Source: a virus
Taxonomy: Duplodnaviria > Caudoviricetes
IMG/VR virus record: IMGVR_UViG_3300035070_003276
Location: 24,994-88,993 of that record
DNA length: 64,000 nucleotides
Reading direction: 5' to 3' (one strand)
Below, piece after piece: positions 8,385-18,486 of the stretch (positions are counted from its first letter, which is position 1; every line of letters starts with the position of its first letter). A program made the position numbers and the translations under genes. Below the pieces are notes generated by a model that saw only the letters and a program-made list of their open reading frames with translations, was not told where the DNA came from and did no database searches.

Positions 8385-9605
8385 ATGGGAATAGGTAGTA
8401 GTAGAAACATATCCATTGGTAGTAACCAACAAATTGATATTAGACCTAACGATAAAAGTAGTGTTGGTGTTGTTTTTAAAGTCATACTTGATATAGATGA
8501 TGAACTATTGGATATAAAGGAAATACCTGAGAATGAAAAAGCCAAATACATTGGAGCCATCCAATATAGATTACAATCATCTAATGAAAAAAGTGAAAAT
8601 GATTTACCAATAGCAATTCCCTATAATAGTAATTACACTGCTTTACCTATAAAAAACGAAGTTGTACGAATTATACGAGTTGATGGTGTTGGATTACAAT
8701 ATGAGAGAGTAGTAACATCAGCAACTCCAAACGTATCTGGTGATTCTAATATCATATCTAAATCAACTACAAAAGATAAAGGTCCTAATGAAACAAATGC
8801 ATCCGATTATAGTAAAGTTCAAAAAACAGGAGTAAGTAGGAGTACACAATCTGATAATGTGAGTACTGATACTTATGGTGAGTATTTTGAATCAGATTTA
8901 AATATACACAAATTACGTATTTTTGAGGGTGATACTTTTGTTGAAAGTAGATTTGGTCAATCAATACGATTTAGTGGGTATAATAACCCAGACCAAAAAC
9001 TATACCCAACCATTACAATACGTAATGATGAAAATGGTGAATCACGTGCAACCCCAATTGGTAAAACAACAATTGAAGATATAAATAAAGATGGTAACAT
9101 TATATTTTTAGGTAGTCGTAATCATTTATTACCATATACGTTACCAACTGAAAACGAACATATATCTTTTAAAAACTATCCATCTGAACTTAAAGGAAAT
9201 CAAATTGTATTAAATTCAGATAGAATTGTATTATCAGCTAAAGCAGCTGAAATGATATTAGTATCAAAAAAAGATGTTGGTATCATAACTGATAGTTTAT
9301 TTTCTATTGATGCCACTGGTGGTATTGATGTTACATTGGATGGTGATACTAATTATAAAACAAACGATAGAGATATCAACTTAAATACTGGTAATGGTAA
9401 AGTTAATATTGGTGACCAAAACTTAGAATCATTGGTTAAGGGTGAAACTTTAGTTAATTTAATGACTGAACTAATTACAGCGATAGAAGTGATGACAGTA
9501 GCAACTCCAGCCGGCCCATCTACACCACCGATAAATGTAGCATCATTTAGTAAAGTAAAATCTCAATTAAGAACAATGTTGAGTAATTTAAATAAAACAT
9601 CATAA
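8385..9605 (+). CDS. baseplate hub/spike protein (gp5/gpV-like)
   Basis: N-terminal OB-fold-like region (LPIKNEVVRII), GDTFVESRFGQSIRF motif, beta-rich spike and VKGETLVNLM...TPAGPS tip; lies upstream of the wedge genes. Confidence 0.6.
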   Translation: MGIGSSRNISIGSNQQIDIRPNDKSSVGVVFKVILDIDDELLDIKEIPENEKAKYIGAIQYRLQSSNEKSENDLPIAIPYNSNYTALPIKNEVVRIIRVDGVGLQYERVVTSATPNVSGDSNIISKSTTKDKGPNETNASDYSKVQKTGVSRSTQSDNVSTDTYGEYFESDLNIHKLRIFEGDTFVESRFGQSIRFSGYNNPDQKLYPTITIRNDENGESRATPIGKTTIEDINKDGNIIFLGSRNHLLPYTLPTENEHISFKNYPSELKGNQIVLNSDRIVLSAKAAEMILVSKKDVGIITDSLFSIDATGGIDVTLDGDTNYKTNDRDINLNTGNGKVNIGDQNLESLVKGETLVNLMTELITAIEVMTVATPAGPSTPPINVASFSKVKSQLRTMLSNLNKTS

Positions 9606-10543
9606 TGTCTTGGACTTTATTCAAAGTAAATATATTAAGAAAAACTAATCCTAATTTTACCATCAATAGCATAAATGAAGTTGCTGCGATATGGGCCGAT
9701 GAGTATGATGCGGCTGTAAAGCGAGGTAAGGATTTTGTAAACTTTGAATCGGTTCAACGAGGTAATAAAGTAATAATGGAATCTTTATTTAGAGTTGCAT
9801 TATTAAAAGGATTATCAACTTTACCTGGTCAAAACTTTTCATTAGTAAACGAATTTGGAAATGGTGTAAAGGCATATTGGGCTGGCGCTCAAATGAAACC
9901 ACTCCCATTACCATTAATACCAGCACCAGGTTCAATACAAAATATTTCAGTAAATTCCAATGTTGTGTTTAATGTAGGTACATGGCCAATTTACCCACCA
10001 TTAAAACCCGCTAGAAAGCAGGAGATAATGGTAGATATGTTTATACTTGCTGCACTAATTCACTTATTTAGTATTGGTGGTATTATACAAACAACATCAT
10101 TATACCCATCAGTACCAACACCAATACCAGCTCCAGGTATTATTCCTTGGACTGGTTACTTAGTACCTCCTACAATTCCAATTCCTAATATCAACTTCCC
10201 TTCTGAAGATAACAATGAACCACCGGTAATTGAACAACCTGATGGAAGTGATGGATATGCACTCAATGTTACCAACCAAAGTAGTGGAACCAATAATGGA
10301 CAAGATGGTGGAACCAATAATGGACAAGGTAGTGGAACCAATAATGGACAAGGTAGTGGAACCAATAATGGGCAAGGTAGTGGAACCAATAATGGACAAG
10401 GCAATATATTGGGAGGGGATACTTCATTACAAAACGTATTAAATGTATCATTACCTGATATGAGTGTTGATTCATTTGATGTAAAGGCTTATATAGCTAG
10501 TTTCCAACAACAACTTAAAGATGATGGGTGTTGTTGTGATTAA
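9605..10543 (+). CDS. hypothetical baseplate-region protein with a tandem (G/S)GTNNGQ(G/D) repeat
   Basis: 312-aa ORF with a TAATG overlap; Pro-rich middle; five 8-aa repeats. Confidence 0.75.
   Translation: MSWTLFKVNILRKTNPNFTINSINEVAAIWADEYDAAVKRGKDFVNFESVQRGNKVIMESLFRVALLKGLSTLPGQNFSLVNEFGNGVKAYWAGAQMKPLPLPLIPAPGSIQNISVNSNVVFNVGTWPIYPPLKPARKQEIMVDMFILAALIHLFSIGGIIQTTSLYPSVPTPIPAPGIIPWTGYLVPPTIPIPNINFPSEDNNEPPVIEQPDGSDGYALNVTNQSSGTNNGQDGGTNNGQGSGTNNGQGSGTNNGQGSGTNNGQGNILGGDTSLQNVLNVSLPDMSVDSFDVKAYIASFQQQLKDDGCCCD
10281..10400 (+). repeat. tandem repeat, 5 x 24 bp (gtagtggaaccaataatggacaag), in frame
   Basis: copies at 10281, 10305, 10329, 10353 and 10377; at most 2 mismatches per copy. 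Confidence 0.95.
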
Positions 10544-10565
10544 AAATTGAAAATACTTAATTTAA

Positions 10566-10573
10566 ATATTTAT
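10566..10573 (+). promoter_or_regulatory. putative late promoter
   Basis: ATATTTAT upstream of ATG 10601. Confidence 0.55.
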
Positions 10574-10600
10574 AAGGAGAGTAATATAAAAGATAATAAA

Positions 10601-11179
10601 ATGAATACTGATAAATTAGTAAAGGCAATTCAAATTATTGTAGAAGGAGAGATTAAATCAGTTCTACCTGGGTTGGTAAAAGCTGGTGTTAAAAAGGAGA
10701 TGGTAAAGTTGTTAAAAGAAAATAAACAACTTAGAGAGGCTTTAACGCCAACCAAAGAAGTAGTTCCACCTCAACCTACATTTATGGATGAAACTGTTAT
10801 GGAATCAATACAACCTCAACAACCACAACGAGTGTTAAGTAAAAACCCGGTATTGAATCAAATATTAAATCAAACACAGCCACTTAGTTTAAGTGAAAAT
10901 ACCTCAAAGAGCGTATTAGATAAAATGCCTACTTATGCTGGTGCACCAACTGAAGTATCTGAAACAACAATGGAGTTTGGAACACAAAGTACTCATACAT
11001 TAGGTGCACAAAGTATAGCTGATAAAATGGGGTATGGTGATATGCAACCTGCTGGTAAAAAGCAAGGATTGGGTGTTTCAACTGGATTAGCTGGATTAGA
11101 TAGAATTTTGAATAGAGATAATTCTGAATTGATTAAAGCTTGGGATAAATCTAAAGGTCCTTGGAGGCCAGGAATGTAA
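10601..11179 (+). CDS. hypothetical protein
   Basis: ORF track starts at TTG 10547; ATG 10601 downstream of the promoter motif is preferred. Confidence 0.75.
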   Translation: MNTDKLVKAIQIIVEGEIKSVLPGLVKAGVKKEMVKLLKENKQLREALTPTKEVVPPQPTFMDETVMESIQPQQPQRVLSKNPVLNQILNQTQPLSLSENTSKSVLDKMPTYAGAPTEVSETTMEFGTQSTHTLGAQSIADKMGYGDMQPAGKKQGLGVSTGLAGLDRILNRDNSELIKAWDKSKGPWRPGM

Positions 11180-11187
11180 TATAAATT

Positions 11188-11616
11188 ATGGCAGTTGAAC
11201 TAGGTAGTAAGATAGTAAAGGATACGCAATCATTTAACGATTATGCGATTGGTATATCTTTGCCTATTCAAATAACCAATACGGCATTCGAGCAAACATT
11301 CCAAACATCGGAGCAAGTAAAATCTAATATTAAGAATCTTCTATTAACAAAAAAAGGTGAACGAATATTACAACCTGAATTCGGAAGTGGATTGCAGGAA
11401 TTATTATTTGAACCAAACGTTGATGATTTTGAAGGTAGAATTGAAGATACTATAAATGAAAGTTTAGAACAATGGTTACCATATGTAACCGCTGAGGAAA
11501 TTTTAGTTGATTCATCCGATACATTAAGAGATAATAATAGAATAAATGTTTCAGTTAAATTTAGAATTGGTCAAAATACCGATTTAAACGAAGTAACATT
11601 TACAGCACAGGGATAA
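11188..11616 (+). CDS. gp25: baseplate wedge / sheath initiator (T4 gp25 / P2 gpW-like)
   Basis: VKSNIKNLLLTKKGERILQPEFGSGLQELLFE...LEQWLPYV signature. Confidence 0.9.
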   Translation: MAVELGSKIVKDTQSFNDYAIGISLPIQITNTAFEQTFQTSEQVKSNIKNLLLTKKGERILQPEFGSGLQELLFEPNVDDFEGRIEDTINESLEQWLPYVTAEEILVDSSDTLRDNNRINVSVKFRIGQNTDLNEVTFTAQG

Positions 11617-11620
11617 CAAT

Positions 11621-13651
11621 ATGGCTATAACTAAAACAAATAAAAACTTTAAGAATAGAGGTAAGGATATAAAATACCTTAATAAAGATTTTGCTCAATA
11701 TAGGGGAAACTTAATTGAGTTTGCTAAAACATATTTCCCAAAAACTTATTCGGATTTTAACGAATCATCGCCAGGTATGATGTTTATTGAAATGGCATCT
11801 TATATTGGTGATTCCCTTTCATATTATATTGATGATACTTTAAAAGAATCATTAATGGTTCATGCTGAAGATATTGAGAATGTAATTGCACTTTCACAAT
11901 ATTTGGGTTACCAACCAAAGGTAACATCACCAGCAGTAACAACCCTTTCGGTTTATCAATTAGTTCCATCTATTGGAGTAGCTGGTGCTAATACTTATGA
12001 TGAAACTTATTTACTTACTATTAAAGAAGGTATGCAAGTTTCAAATGGAGATACTACGTTTATAACAAAGGATGTTGTTGACTTTTCAGATGATACTGAT
12101 AGAGAAATAACTATATATGAAACTGATAGTATAAGTGGAGAAACTACATTCTATTTAGTTAAGAAATATGTTCAAGCTATTTCAGCAGAAGTTGTAACTA
12201 AGGAAGTTGAATTTGGTTCTTATCAATCATTTCAAACTATTGAGTTAAGTGAACCAAACGTAATAGATATTTACGATGTTAGAGATTCTAACGGAAACAA
12301 ATGGTATGAAGTTCCTTACTTAGGACAGGAGATGGTATTTGAGGATTATCCAAATACTGAAATAAATGACCCAGAGTTATATCAATTTAAAACAACTGTA
12401 CCTTACATTTTAAAAACAATTAAGACACCTCGTAGATTTGTTAAAAAAGTAAATGGTGATAGTACAACTACTATTCAATTTGGAGCTGGAGACCCAACTG
12501 CAAATGATGAACAATTAATTCCAAACTTAAAAAACGTTGGATTGGGATTACCCAATTCAATTAGTAAGTTAAATGAATCATTTGACCCAACTAACTTTCT
12601 GAAAACAAAAACATACGGAACATCACCATCAAACACAACTATGACTATTAAGTATTTAGTTGGTGGTGGTATTAGTTCTAATGTATCTAAGGGTTCACTT
12701 ACTGTAATTAACTCAATTGATTTTGAAGAAGATTTACAATCATTCAATGATAATCAGCAAGCGTTGGTATCTGCAACTAAAAACTCCGTAGCAGTTGATA
12801 ATGAGGTTCCCGCAACTGGTGGGAAAGGTGGAGATACTATTGAGGAGATTAGAGAGAATGCATTGGCAAACTTTGGCTCTCAGAATAGAGCAGTAACTGC
12901 TAAGGATTATCAAATAAGAGTTTTATCAATGCCAACCAAATATGGTTCTATTGCAAAGGCTTACGCTACGGCAGATGGTACGTTGGATAATAACTCACCA
13001 TCATCTATTTTGAGTTCGCCTAAAGCTCTACAAGAGTTTACTGATTTGGTAATGGGATTTGTTGAAAAGCCTGATAGTGAGGAACCCAATAGAAGAAGTG
13101 TTCAGGAAGAACTACAAAAATTCTTGATTGGCAAAACCTCAAATGAAAACGAAAAGAATAACCCATTTGCAATCAATCTTTATTTATTGGGATATGATGG
13201 TAATGGTAAATTATCAACATTAAATTCTGCTGTTAAGGAAAATTTAAAAACATATTTAAATGAATACAAAGTTTTAACCGATGGTGTTAATATATCTGAT
13301 GGATTTATTATTAACATTGGTATTAACTTTGAAGTAATAACTTTAAAGAATTATAATAAGAGTGAAGTTGTTACTGAATGTATTAATGAAATGAAAGATT
13401 ATTTTGATATTAATAATTGGACATTTAATAATACGATAAACATTTCGGAGTTGGAACTATTATTAGCAAACGTTGATGGTGTAAGTTCAGTTCCTAAATT
13501 AGAAATAGTGAATAAGTGTCATGGAAACTACGCACCTAATTCATATAACATAGAAGCGGCCATTAAAGATAAGATTTTATATCCATCTTTAGACCCTTCA
13601 GTATTTGAAATTAAATTTCCAGATGTGGATATAAAAGGAAGAGCTAGATAA
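11621..13651 (+). CDS. gp6: baseplate wedge subunit (T4 gp6 / baseplate J-like)
   Basis: YSDFNESSPGMMFIEMASYIGD and QNRAVTAKDY motifs; follows the gp25-like gene. Confidence 0.85.
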   Translation: MAITKTNKNFKNRGKDIKYLNKDFAQYRGNLIEFAKTYFPKTYSDFNESSPGMMFIEMASYIGDSLSYYIDDTLKESLMVHAEDIENVIALSQYLGYQPKVTSPAVTTLSVYQLVPSIGVAGANTYDETYLLTIKEGMQVSNGDTTFITKDVVDFSDDTDREITIYETDSISGETTFYLVKKYVQAISAEVVTKEVEFGSYQSFQTIELSEPNVIDIYDVRDSNGNKWYEVPYLGQEMVFEDYPNTEINDPELYQFKTTVPYILKTIKTPRRFVKKVNGDSTTTIQFGAGDPTANDEQLIPNLKNVGLGLPNSISKLNESFDPTNFLKTKTYGTSPSNTTMTIKYLVGGGISSNVSKGSLTVINSIDFEEDLQSFNDNQQALVSATKNSVAVDNEVPATGGKGGDTIEEIRENALANFGSQNRAVTAKDYQIRVLSMPTKYGSIAKAYATADGTLDNNSPSSILSSPKALQEFTDLVMGFVEKPDSEEPNRRSVQEELQKFLIGKTSNENEKNNPFAINLYLLGYDGNGKLSTLNSAVKENLKTYLNEYKVLTDGVNISDGFIINIGINFEVITLKNYNKSEVVTECINEMKDYFDINNWTFNNTINISELELLLANVDGVSSVPKLEIVNKCHGNYAPNSYNIEAAIKDKILYPSLDPSVFEIKFPDVDIKGRAR

Positions 13652-14715
13652 TGTATTACTTTTTAACAGCATCAAAAGATGCATCGGTTTACTTACAACA
13701 ACCTGACCAAAACACTGGTTTAGATGAGGTATTAGAGGTTAGTAAGGTTTACTATGGTAACATCAAAGATGTATCAAGAGCACTCCTTAAATTTGATTTA
13801 AATGGTGTATCTCAAAGTATTGTAGATGGTGATGTTAGATTAGATGAGGCAACACTTATATTAAGAGAAACTGATTCCGAAGAACTACCATTACAATTTA
13901 CATTAGAAGCTTATCCAATCTCACAAAGTTGGGAAATGGGTAATGGTACTCGATTTGATGATGTATCTACATCTGGTGTAACTTGGAATAATAGAGAAGG
14001 TGATACCATCCAACGTTGGCTACAAACTGCAGAGTTCTCAGAAGTATCAACTGGTTCATACGCTGGATTGGGTGGAACATTCTATGATTCGGTTTTTGCA
14101 ACTCAAACTTTTGAATATCTAACATCTGATGTTAATATGGATATTAAAGATATTGTTGATGATTGGATTAGCGGTTCAATACCAAACGATGGGCTAATAC
14201 TGAAACTTCCATTTGCAAGCGAATCCGATTCTACTGATTATGGTATATTAAAATTCTTTAGTAAAGAAACTCACACAATCCATCAACCTAAACTAAGAAT
14301 AGGTTGGGATGATGTTTCGTTTACAACTGGTTCATTGACTGAATTAACATCAGAAGAAATCAAAATAGGAATTAGAAACTTTAGAAAAGAATACAAAGTA
14401 AATACAACACCAAAGTTGAGAGTGATAGGTAGGGATTTATATCCATTAAAATCATTCACATCTACGGCTCAATATGGTATAAGTAAATTCTTACCAACGT
14501 TATCATATTACCAAATTAAAGATTACCACTCAGATGATGTAATCGTTCCGTTTGGTGATTACACAAAATTAAGTTGTGATGATAGTGGTAACTATTTTAA
14601 GTTAAACTTATCTAATTGGGAAGTTGATAGAATATATAAAATAGAATTCAAAGTTGTTATTGATGGTACTCCTCAATTCTTCGATAATGATTATACATTT
14701 AGCGTAATAGGATAA
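13651..14715 (+). CDS. virion protein with a DNRLRE-like beta-sandwich domain
   Basis: DASVYLQQPDQNTG...SRALLKFDL...ATLILR...SQSWEMG...GVTW pattern. Confidence 0.55.
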   Translation: MYYFLTASKDASVYLQQPDQNTGLDEVLEVSKVYYGNIKDVSRALLKFDLNGVSQSIVDGDVRLDEATLILRETDSEELPLQFTLEAYPISQSWEMGNGTRFDDVSTSGVTWNNREGDTIQRWLQTAEFSEVSTGSYAGLGGTFYDSVFATQTFEYLTSDVNMDIKDIVDDWISGSIPNDGLILKLPFASESDSTDYGILKFFSKETHTIHQPKLRIGWDDVSFTTGSLTELTSEEIKIGIRNFRKEYKVNTTPKLRVIGRDLYPLKSFTSTAQYGISKFLPTLSYYQIKDYHSDDVIVPFGDYTKLSCDDSGNYFKLNLSNWEVDRIYKIEFKVVIDGTPQFFDNDYTFSVIG

Positions 14716-14716
14716 G

Positions 14717-15877
14717 ATGAATAAACGCTCAGGTTTAAAGAACGAAAAAAAAGTTCAAAATATATTAGTATCGGGTTCAGCTGTATTACCACAAAAGAAT
14801 TCGGCTGGAGTTCGTGTTGCTAAAAAGAAAAAACCTATGCCGGATTCCCCTATTGTAAAGGGATACCCAGACTTATCAGATATACCAAGTGATAATTATG
14901 GTAATTTAAGTGAAGCTGGTTTTATAAAATCTAATGAGATAGATGGTGGGATTATTAGTGGTAAATTGGTTAGAGCTAAGTATGATAATACTGAGTTAAA
15001 AAAATCAATCGATACTAATATATTTGAATTAATACCAAAAACTCCAGTAGAATTGCCTGATGTTGTACTACGTTCAGTTTATAATGTAGTAACACAATCT
15101 GTAAATGATTTAACAATAGAGGTACAACTATTAACAAATGAAGTATCTACTCTAAACTCACAAATTTCAGAATTGGAAATCGTAAGTGAGAGTTTGAAAA
15201 TAGAAGTTGATAATGAAAAACTTAAAGCAAATATTGCAGCGGAGCAAGCTAGGGTTGCTAATGTACAAGTTGGTGAAACTACAATAGATTTATCAAACGC
15301 AATTCAGAACTCAATTAATGAATCAATCCAACGAGTATCTTTAACCGCACGAAATCAAGCTTTACTGCAAGAAAATGAATCACTAAGAGAACAACTATTT
15401 GGATTATCTGCTCAAACTGCGGAAGGTGCTATTAGTGGAGGTTCTAATGGATTTACTGTTAAAGTAAATAATGGAGATGGTGATGCCAGCCAAAAATCAT
15501 CTGACTTTTATGCTAAACATTCTCACAAAGCTGTTGTTGGTGATGGTATCACTATGACAAACACAATCGAAGTGAGTAACGTTACTACTAATAATAAAAT
15601 AACGGAAATATCATTTACGTTTACTGGGGACCCTAAATGGGTAAAACCTATTACAGGAGCAACATCAATCGAACCTGAGAGTTCTGAAACTTATCAATGT
15701 GAATTTGATACTTCGGTAGTTTACGATATCAAACCAAATAAACAAGGATTCTGGGGTTCATGGAGTGGTAAAGCTACAAACTATAAAACAATGGCAATTA
15801 ATGTAAACGTAAAATTCGCAGATGGTACAACTGATAGTGTAACGCTTAGTACTGATTTAAGAAAAAACAAAGGTTAG
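14717..15877 (+). CDS. putative virion structural protein (coiled coil plus C-terminal Ig-like domain)
   Basis: central heptad region and beta-rich C-terminus; inside the baseplate operon. Confidence 0.6.
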   Translation: MNKRSGLKNEKKVQNILVSGSAVLPQKNSAGVRVAKKKKPMPDSPIVKGYPDLSDIPSDNYGNLSEAGFIKSNEIDGGIISGKLVRAKYDNTELKKSIDTNIFELIPKTPVELPDVVLRSVYNVVTQSVNDLTIEVQLLTNEVSTLNSQISELEIVSESLKIEVDNEKLKANIAAEQARVANVQVGETTIDLSNAIQNSINESIQRVSLTARNQALLQENESLREQLFGLSAQTAEGAISGGSNGFTVKVNNGDGDASQKSSDFYAKHSHKAVVGDGITMTNTIEVSNVTTNNKITEISFTFTGDPKWVKPITGATSIEPESSETYQCEFDTSVVYDIKPNKQGFWGSWSGKATNYKTMAINVNVKFADGTTDSVTLSTDLRKNKG

Positions 15878-15878
15878 A

Positions 15879-17090
15879 ATGGCAATTAAAACATTTAAAG
15901 AAATAATAGACGATAAGGGATATAGAATATCATCAAAAGATAGAGCTATCTTTGCAGAGGGTACATTACAATCTTTCTTTGGATTTACCGATTCTGATAT
16001 GATTGAGTTTATCTTATATGATGTTAATGATAACCAATTACCTCAAGGTGAATTTGGTGAATTGAGTAGATACATTCCAATGAACTCTGAAAATATTAAA
16101 GATTATTTTCTAATAGCTGATGGTACAAAATTCCAAGCATTTCAATTTCCAAATGAGTATTTTATAGATGTGGAGCGTTTGATAAATGAAGCTGGATATG
16201 ATAATGGTATTTTTAAAACTCAAATTACTTTATTAAATAAAAGAGTTGGGTACGAATCACCAAATGAAAAATTATGGATTAAGGAAATATCCCCATCCAG
16301 AACTGAAGTAAAGTTATTACCACTACGAAATGATATAGCTGATAAGACTGATTTACTTCAACGATTTAATGTAATGGTTAATGGTAGGGATTTTAGAGAA
16401 GATATCATTCCATATATTCCTGAATTTATAGAAAGTATAACACCATCTACAATTGATTCATTTATAAAAAAGATTTATACTGATAAGTGGTATAATAAAA
16501 TGGTAGCTGAATTTGGTATTGCTGGGTTTGATAGATTAATGACAAAAATCCATAGTAAATTCAGAGAAGCTATGTTTAATGAGTTTTCTAATAGATATTC
16601 ATCGATAAACGATAGTAATTACGGAAATCCAAAATCAACTGGATTATCTTTATCTTTCTCAAAAGATGATGTATATAAAGTAGCTCAAAGAATAATCGTA
16701 GAATGTATTGATTATTATTTACCAAAAAGAACAATTCAAACTGAAACTGAAATAGATAAAATTTTTGATGAAAGTTATGATAAGGTGGGGCAGGTATTAC
16801 AACGTAGAGAAAGTGATGTTGTAATAAATGCAAAAGCTGCAAATGTAATTGTTACTAAAAAGAAAAAAGATGAACCAACTAAACCATTTATAAAAGAGTT
16901 TGATTTGAGTAAAGAGATTTTGAAAGAAATACCATTTGATAAACCTGTACCTAAGTTTTCTAAACCAAATCCATCTAAATCAATAAAAAAAAGTAAAGTA
17001 ATTCAAAATAGTAGACCTATGGTACAAAGTGGTTTGTTTAATAATATTAGTACAATAGGTGGTGGTGGTAGTGATAGTTTAGATAGCTAA
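15879..17090 (+). CDS. putative baseplate structural protein
   Basis: 403-aa ORF containing IKEISPSRTEVKL; K/P-rich tail ending GGGGSDSLDS. Confidence 0.65.
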   Translation: MAIKTFKEIIDDKGYRISSKDRAIFAEGTLQSFFGFTDSDMIEFILYDVNDNQLPQGEFGELSRYIPMNSENIKDYFLIADGTKFQAFQFPNEYFIDVERLINEAGYDNGIFKTQITLLNKRVGYESPNEKLWIKEISPSRTEVKLLPLRNDIADKTDLLQRFNVMVNGRDFREDIIPYIPEFIESITPSTIDSFIKKIYTDKWYNKMVAEFGIAGFDRLMTKIHSKFREAMFNEFSNRYSSINDSNYGNPKSTGLSLSFSKDDVYKVAQRIIVECIDYYLPKRTIQTETEIDKIFDESYDKVGQVLQRRESDVVINAKAANVIVTKKKKDEPTKPFIKEFDLSKEILKEIPFDKPVPKFSKPNPSKSIKKSKVIQNSRPMVQSGLFNNISTIGGGGSDSLDS

Positions 17091-17102
17091 TATCATTTAA
17101 TA

Positions 17103-17110
17103 ATATTTAT
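17103..17110 (+). promoter_or_regulatory. possible late promoter
   Basis: ATATTTAT, but only 4 nt before ATG 17115, so a downstream start codon may be used. Confidence 0.4.
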
Positions 17111-17114
17111 AGAT

Positions 17115-18467
17115 ATGATAAATTTCTTCAACGATTACAGTTTTGGTAACCTAACATTTGGTAATTCAAATGGTGGTGGGGTATCTCTTACGACCATAGG
17201 TGATTCAACTGATGAGACTGGTGAATTAGACAATAATGGTGGCGGTGTTGGCATTGGTGGTGGTGGCGTTAGAATTACCCCACCCAACTATACACTCAAT
17301 ATTAAATCAAATGTAAAAGGTGCATCGGTTTTAATAAATGGTGAACTTTCAAAAAACACGACACCAGCTCAGATTCAAATTTCAAAACAAAATTTAATTG
17401 AGAATGGTAATAAAACTATAACACTTACTAAATCAGGTTATATATCAAATGAAAAATATGTAATCAGATTAGATACAACGGGAACTAATTTAATTAAATC
17501 ACCACTTATTGATGGTGGGTATGGTAACTTATCTTTATCTTCTATTGTTGTTGATTATTATGTTAATGATATTAAACAACCATATTTACAAATAGAGGAA
17601 AAAACTCTTAAAGAATTATCGTTTACGTTATCTAATAAAAATATTGATGATATTGATATGATAAGTAGATATGATTTGAGTATCAACATATCTGGTATTA
17701 ATAGTGGTAATGCTATTCTATTAAGAAAGAACGCATTTACATCTGCTAATATGTTTCCATCAAACGGATTTACCAAATATTCCGATGTTAGTAATACAAA
17801 GTATAACATAAGTTCATCTGATTTATCATTATATAGAATTGTAAAAATTACTTACAACACAGAATCGGATAGGTTATCAAAAGCATCCCCAATTACCTTA
17901 ACTGCAAATGATGGTGAATCATTGACTTTAGATATAAACTTAAATGATAGTTATGTAGTTGATATTGTGGCTGAAGATGTGATTAAAGATACCACATCAA
18001 TTAAACCCGAAATTAAACTACTAAATAATGATAGTAGAACTTATAACATAAACAGTGAAATTGGAGTACCTATCGGATTTGAAAAGAATTCAGCAGTAAA
18101 TGCAATTACAATTATTGTTGGAGATGATATATTGGAATTTGATGATTTAGAAAAAGGTGAAATTGGTGGGGTTACTATACCACATTCAGTTTTTGAAAAA
18201 ATAGGAAAATATAATATTAAAATATTTCCGTTTTCATTAAGTGAGTATGATACTATAACTAATCCAAAGCCAGTAAAACCAGCAATAAAGCCAAAACCAA
18301 TAAAACCTCAATATGATGTAACGGAAACAATAAAACCAACAAAACCAATAATAAAAACCAATCCATATATTAATACAACTCCTATTTATAGTAATGTGAG
18401 TACTAATATAATACCGATTGGGTTAATCAACGTTGGTGGTGGCGGTGGACGTAGTAGTGATAGTTAA
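17115..18467 (+). CDS. putative structural protein with a PEGA/Ig-like domain
   Basis: LNIKSNVKGASVLING...TITLTKSGY is PEGA-like; Gly-rich N-terminus and K/P-rich C-terminus. Confidence 0.6.
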   Translation: MINFFNDYSFGNLTFGNSNGGGVSLTTIGDSTDETGELDNNGGGVGIGGGGVRITPPNYTLNIKSNVKGASVLINGELSKNTTPAQIQISKQNLIENGNKTITLTKSGYISNEKYVIRLDTTGTNLIKSPLIDGGYGNLSLSSIVVDYYVNDIKQPYLQIEEKTLKELSFTLSNKNIDDIDMISRYDLSINISGINSGNAILLRKNAFTSANMFPSNGFTKYSDVSNTKYNISSSDLSLYRIVKITYNTESDRLSKASPITLTANDGESLTLDINLNDSYVVDIVAEDVIKDTTSIKPEIKLLNNDSRTYNINSEIGVPIGFEKNSAVNAITIIVGDDILEFDDLEKGEIGGVTIPHSVFEKIGKYNIKIFPFSLSEYDTITNPKPVKPAIKPKPIKPQYDVTETIKPTKPIIKTNPYINTTPIYSNVSTNIIPIGLINVGGGGGRSSDS

Positions 18468-18486
18468 AACAGATAGAAAATAAATA

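Noticed and set aside
10281-10400. 24-bp direct repeats as a CRISPR array
   Set aside because: The copies abut with no spacers, keep the reading frame inside a CDS, and there are no cas genes
15879-18467. Stop-codon read-through fusing 15879-17090 with 17115-18467 (same frame, 24-nt stop-free gap)
   Set aside because: The stop is TAA, the gap holds the recurrent promoter motif, and an in-frame stop-free 8-codon gap is likely by chance
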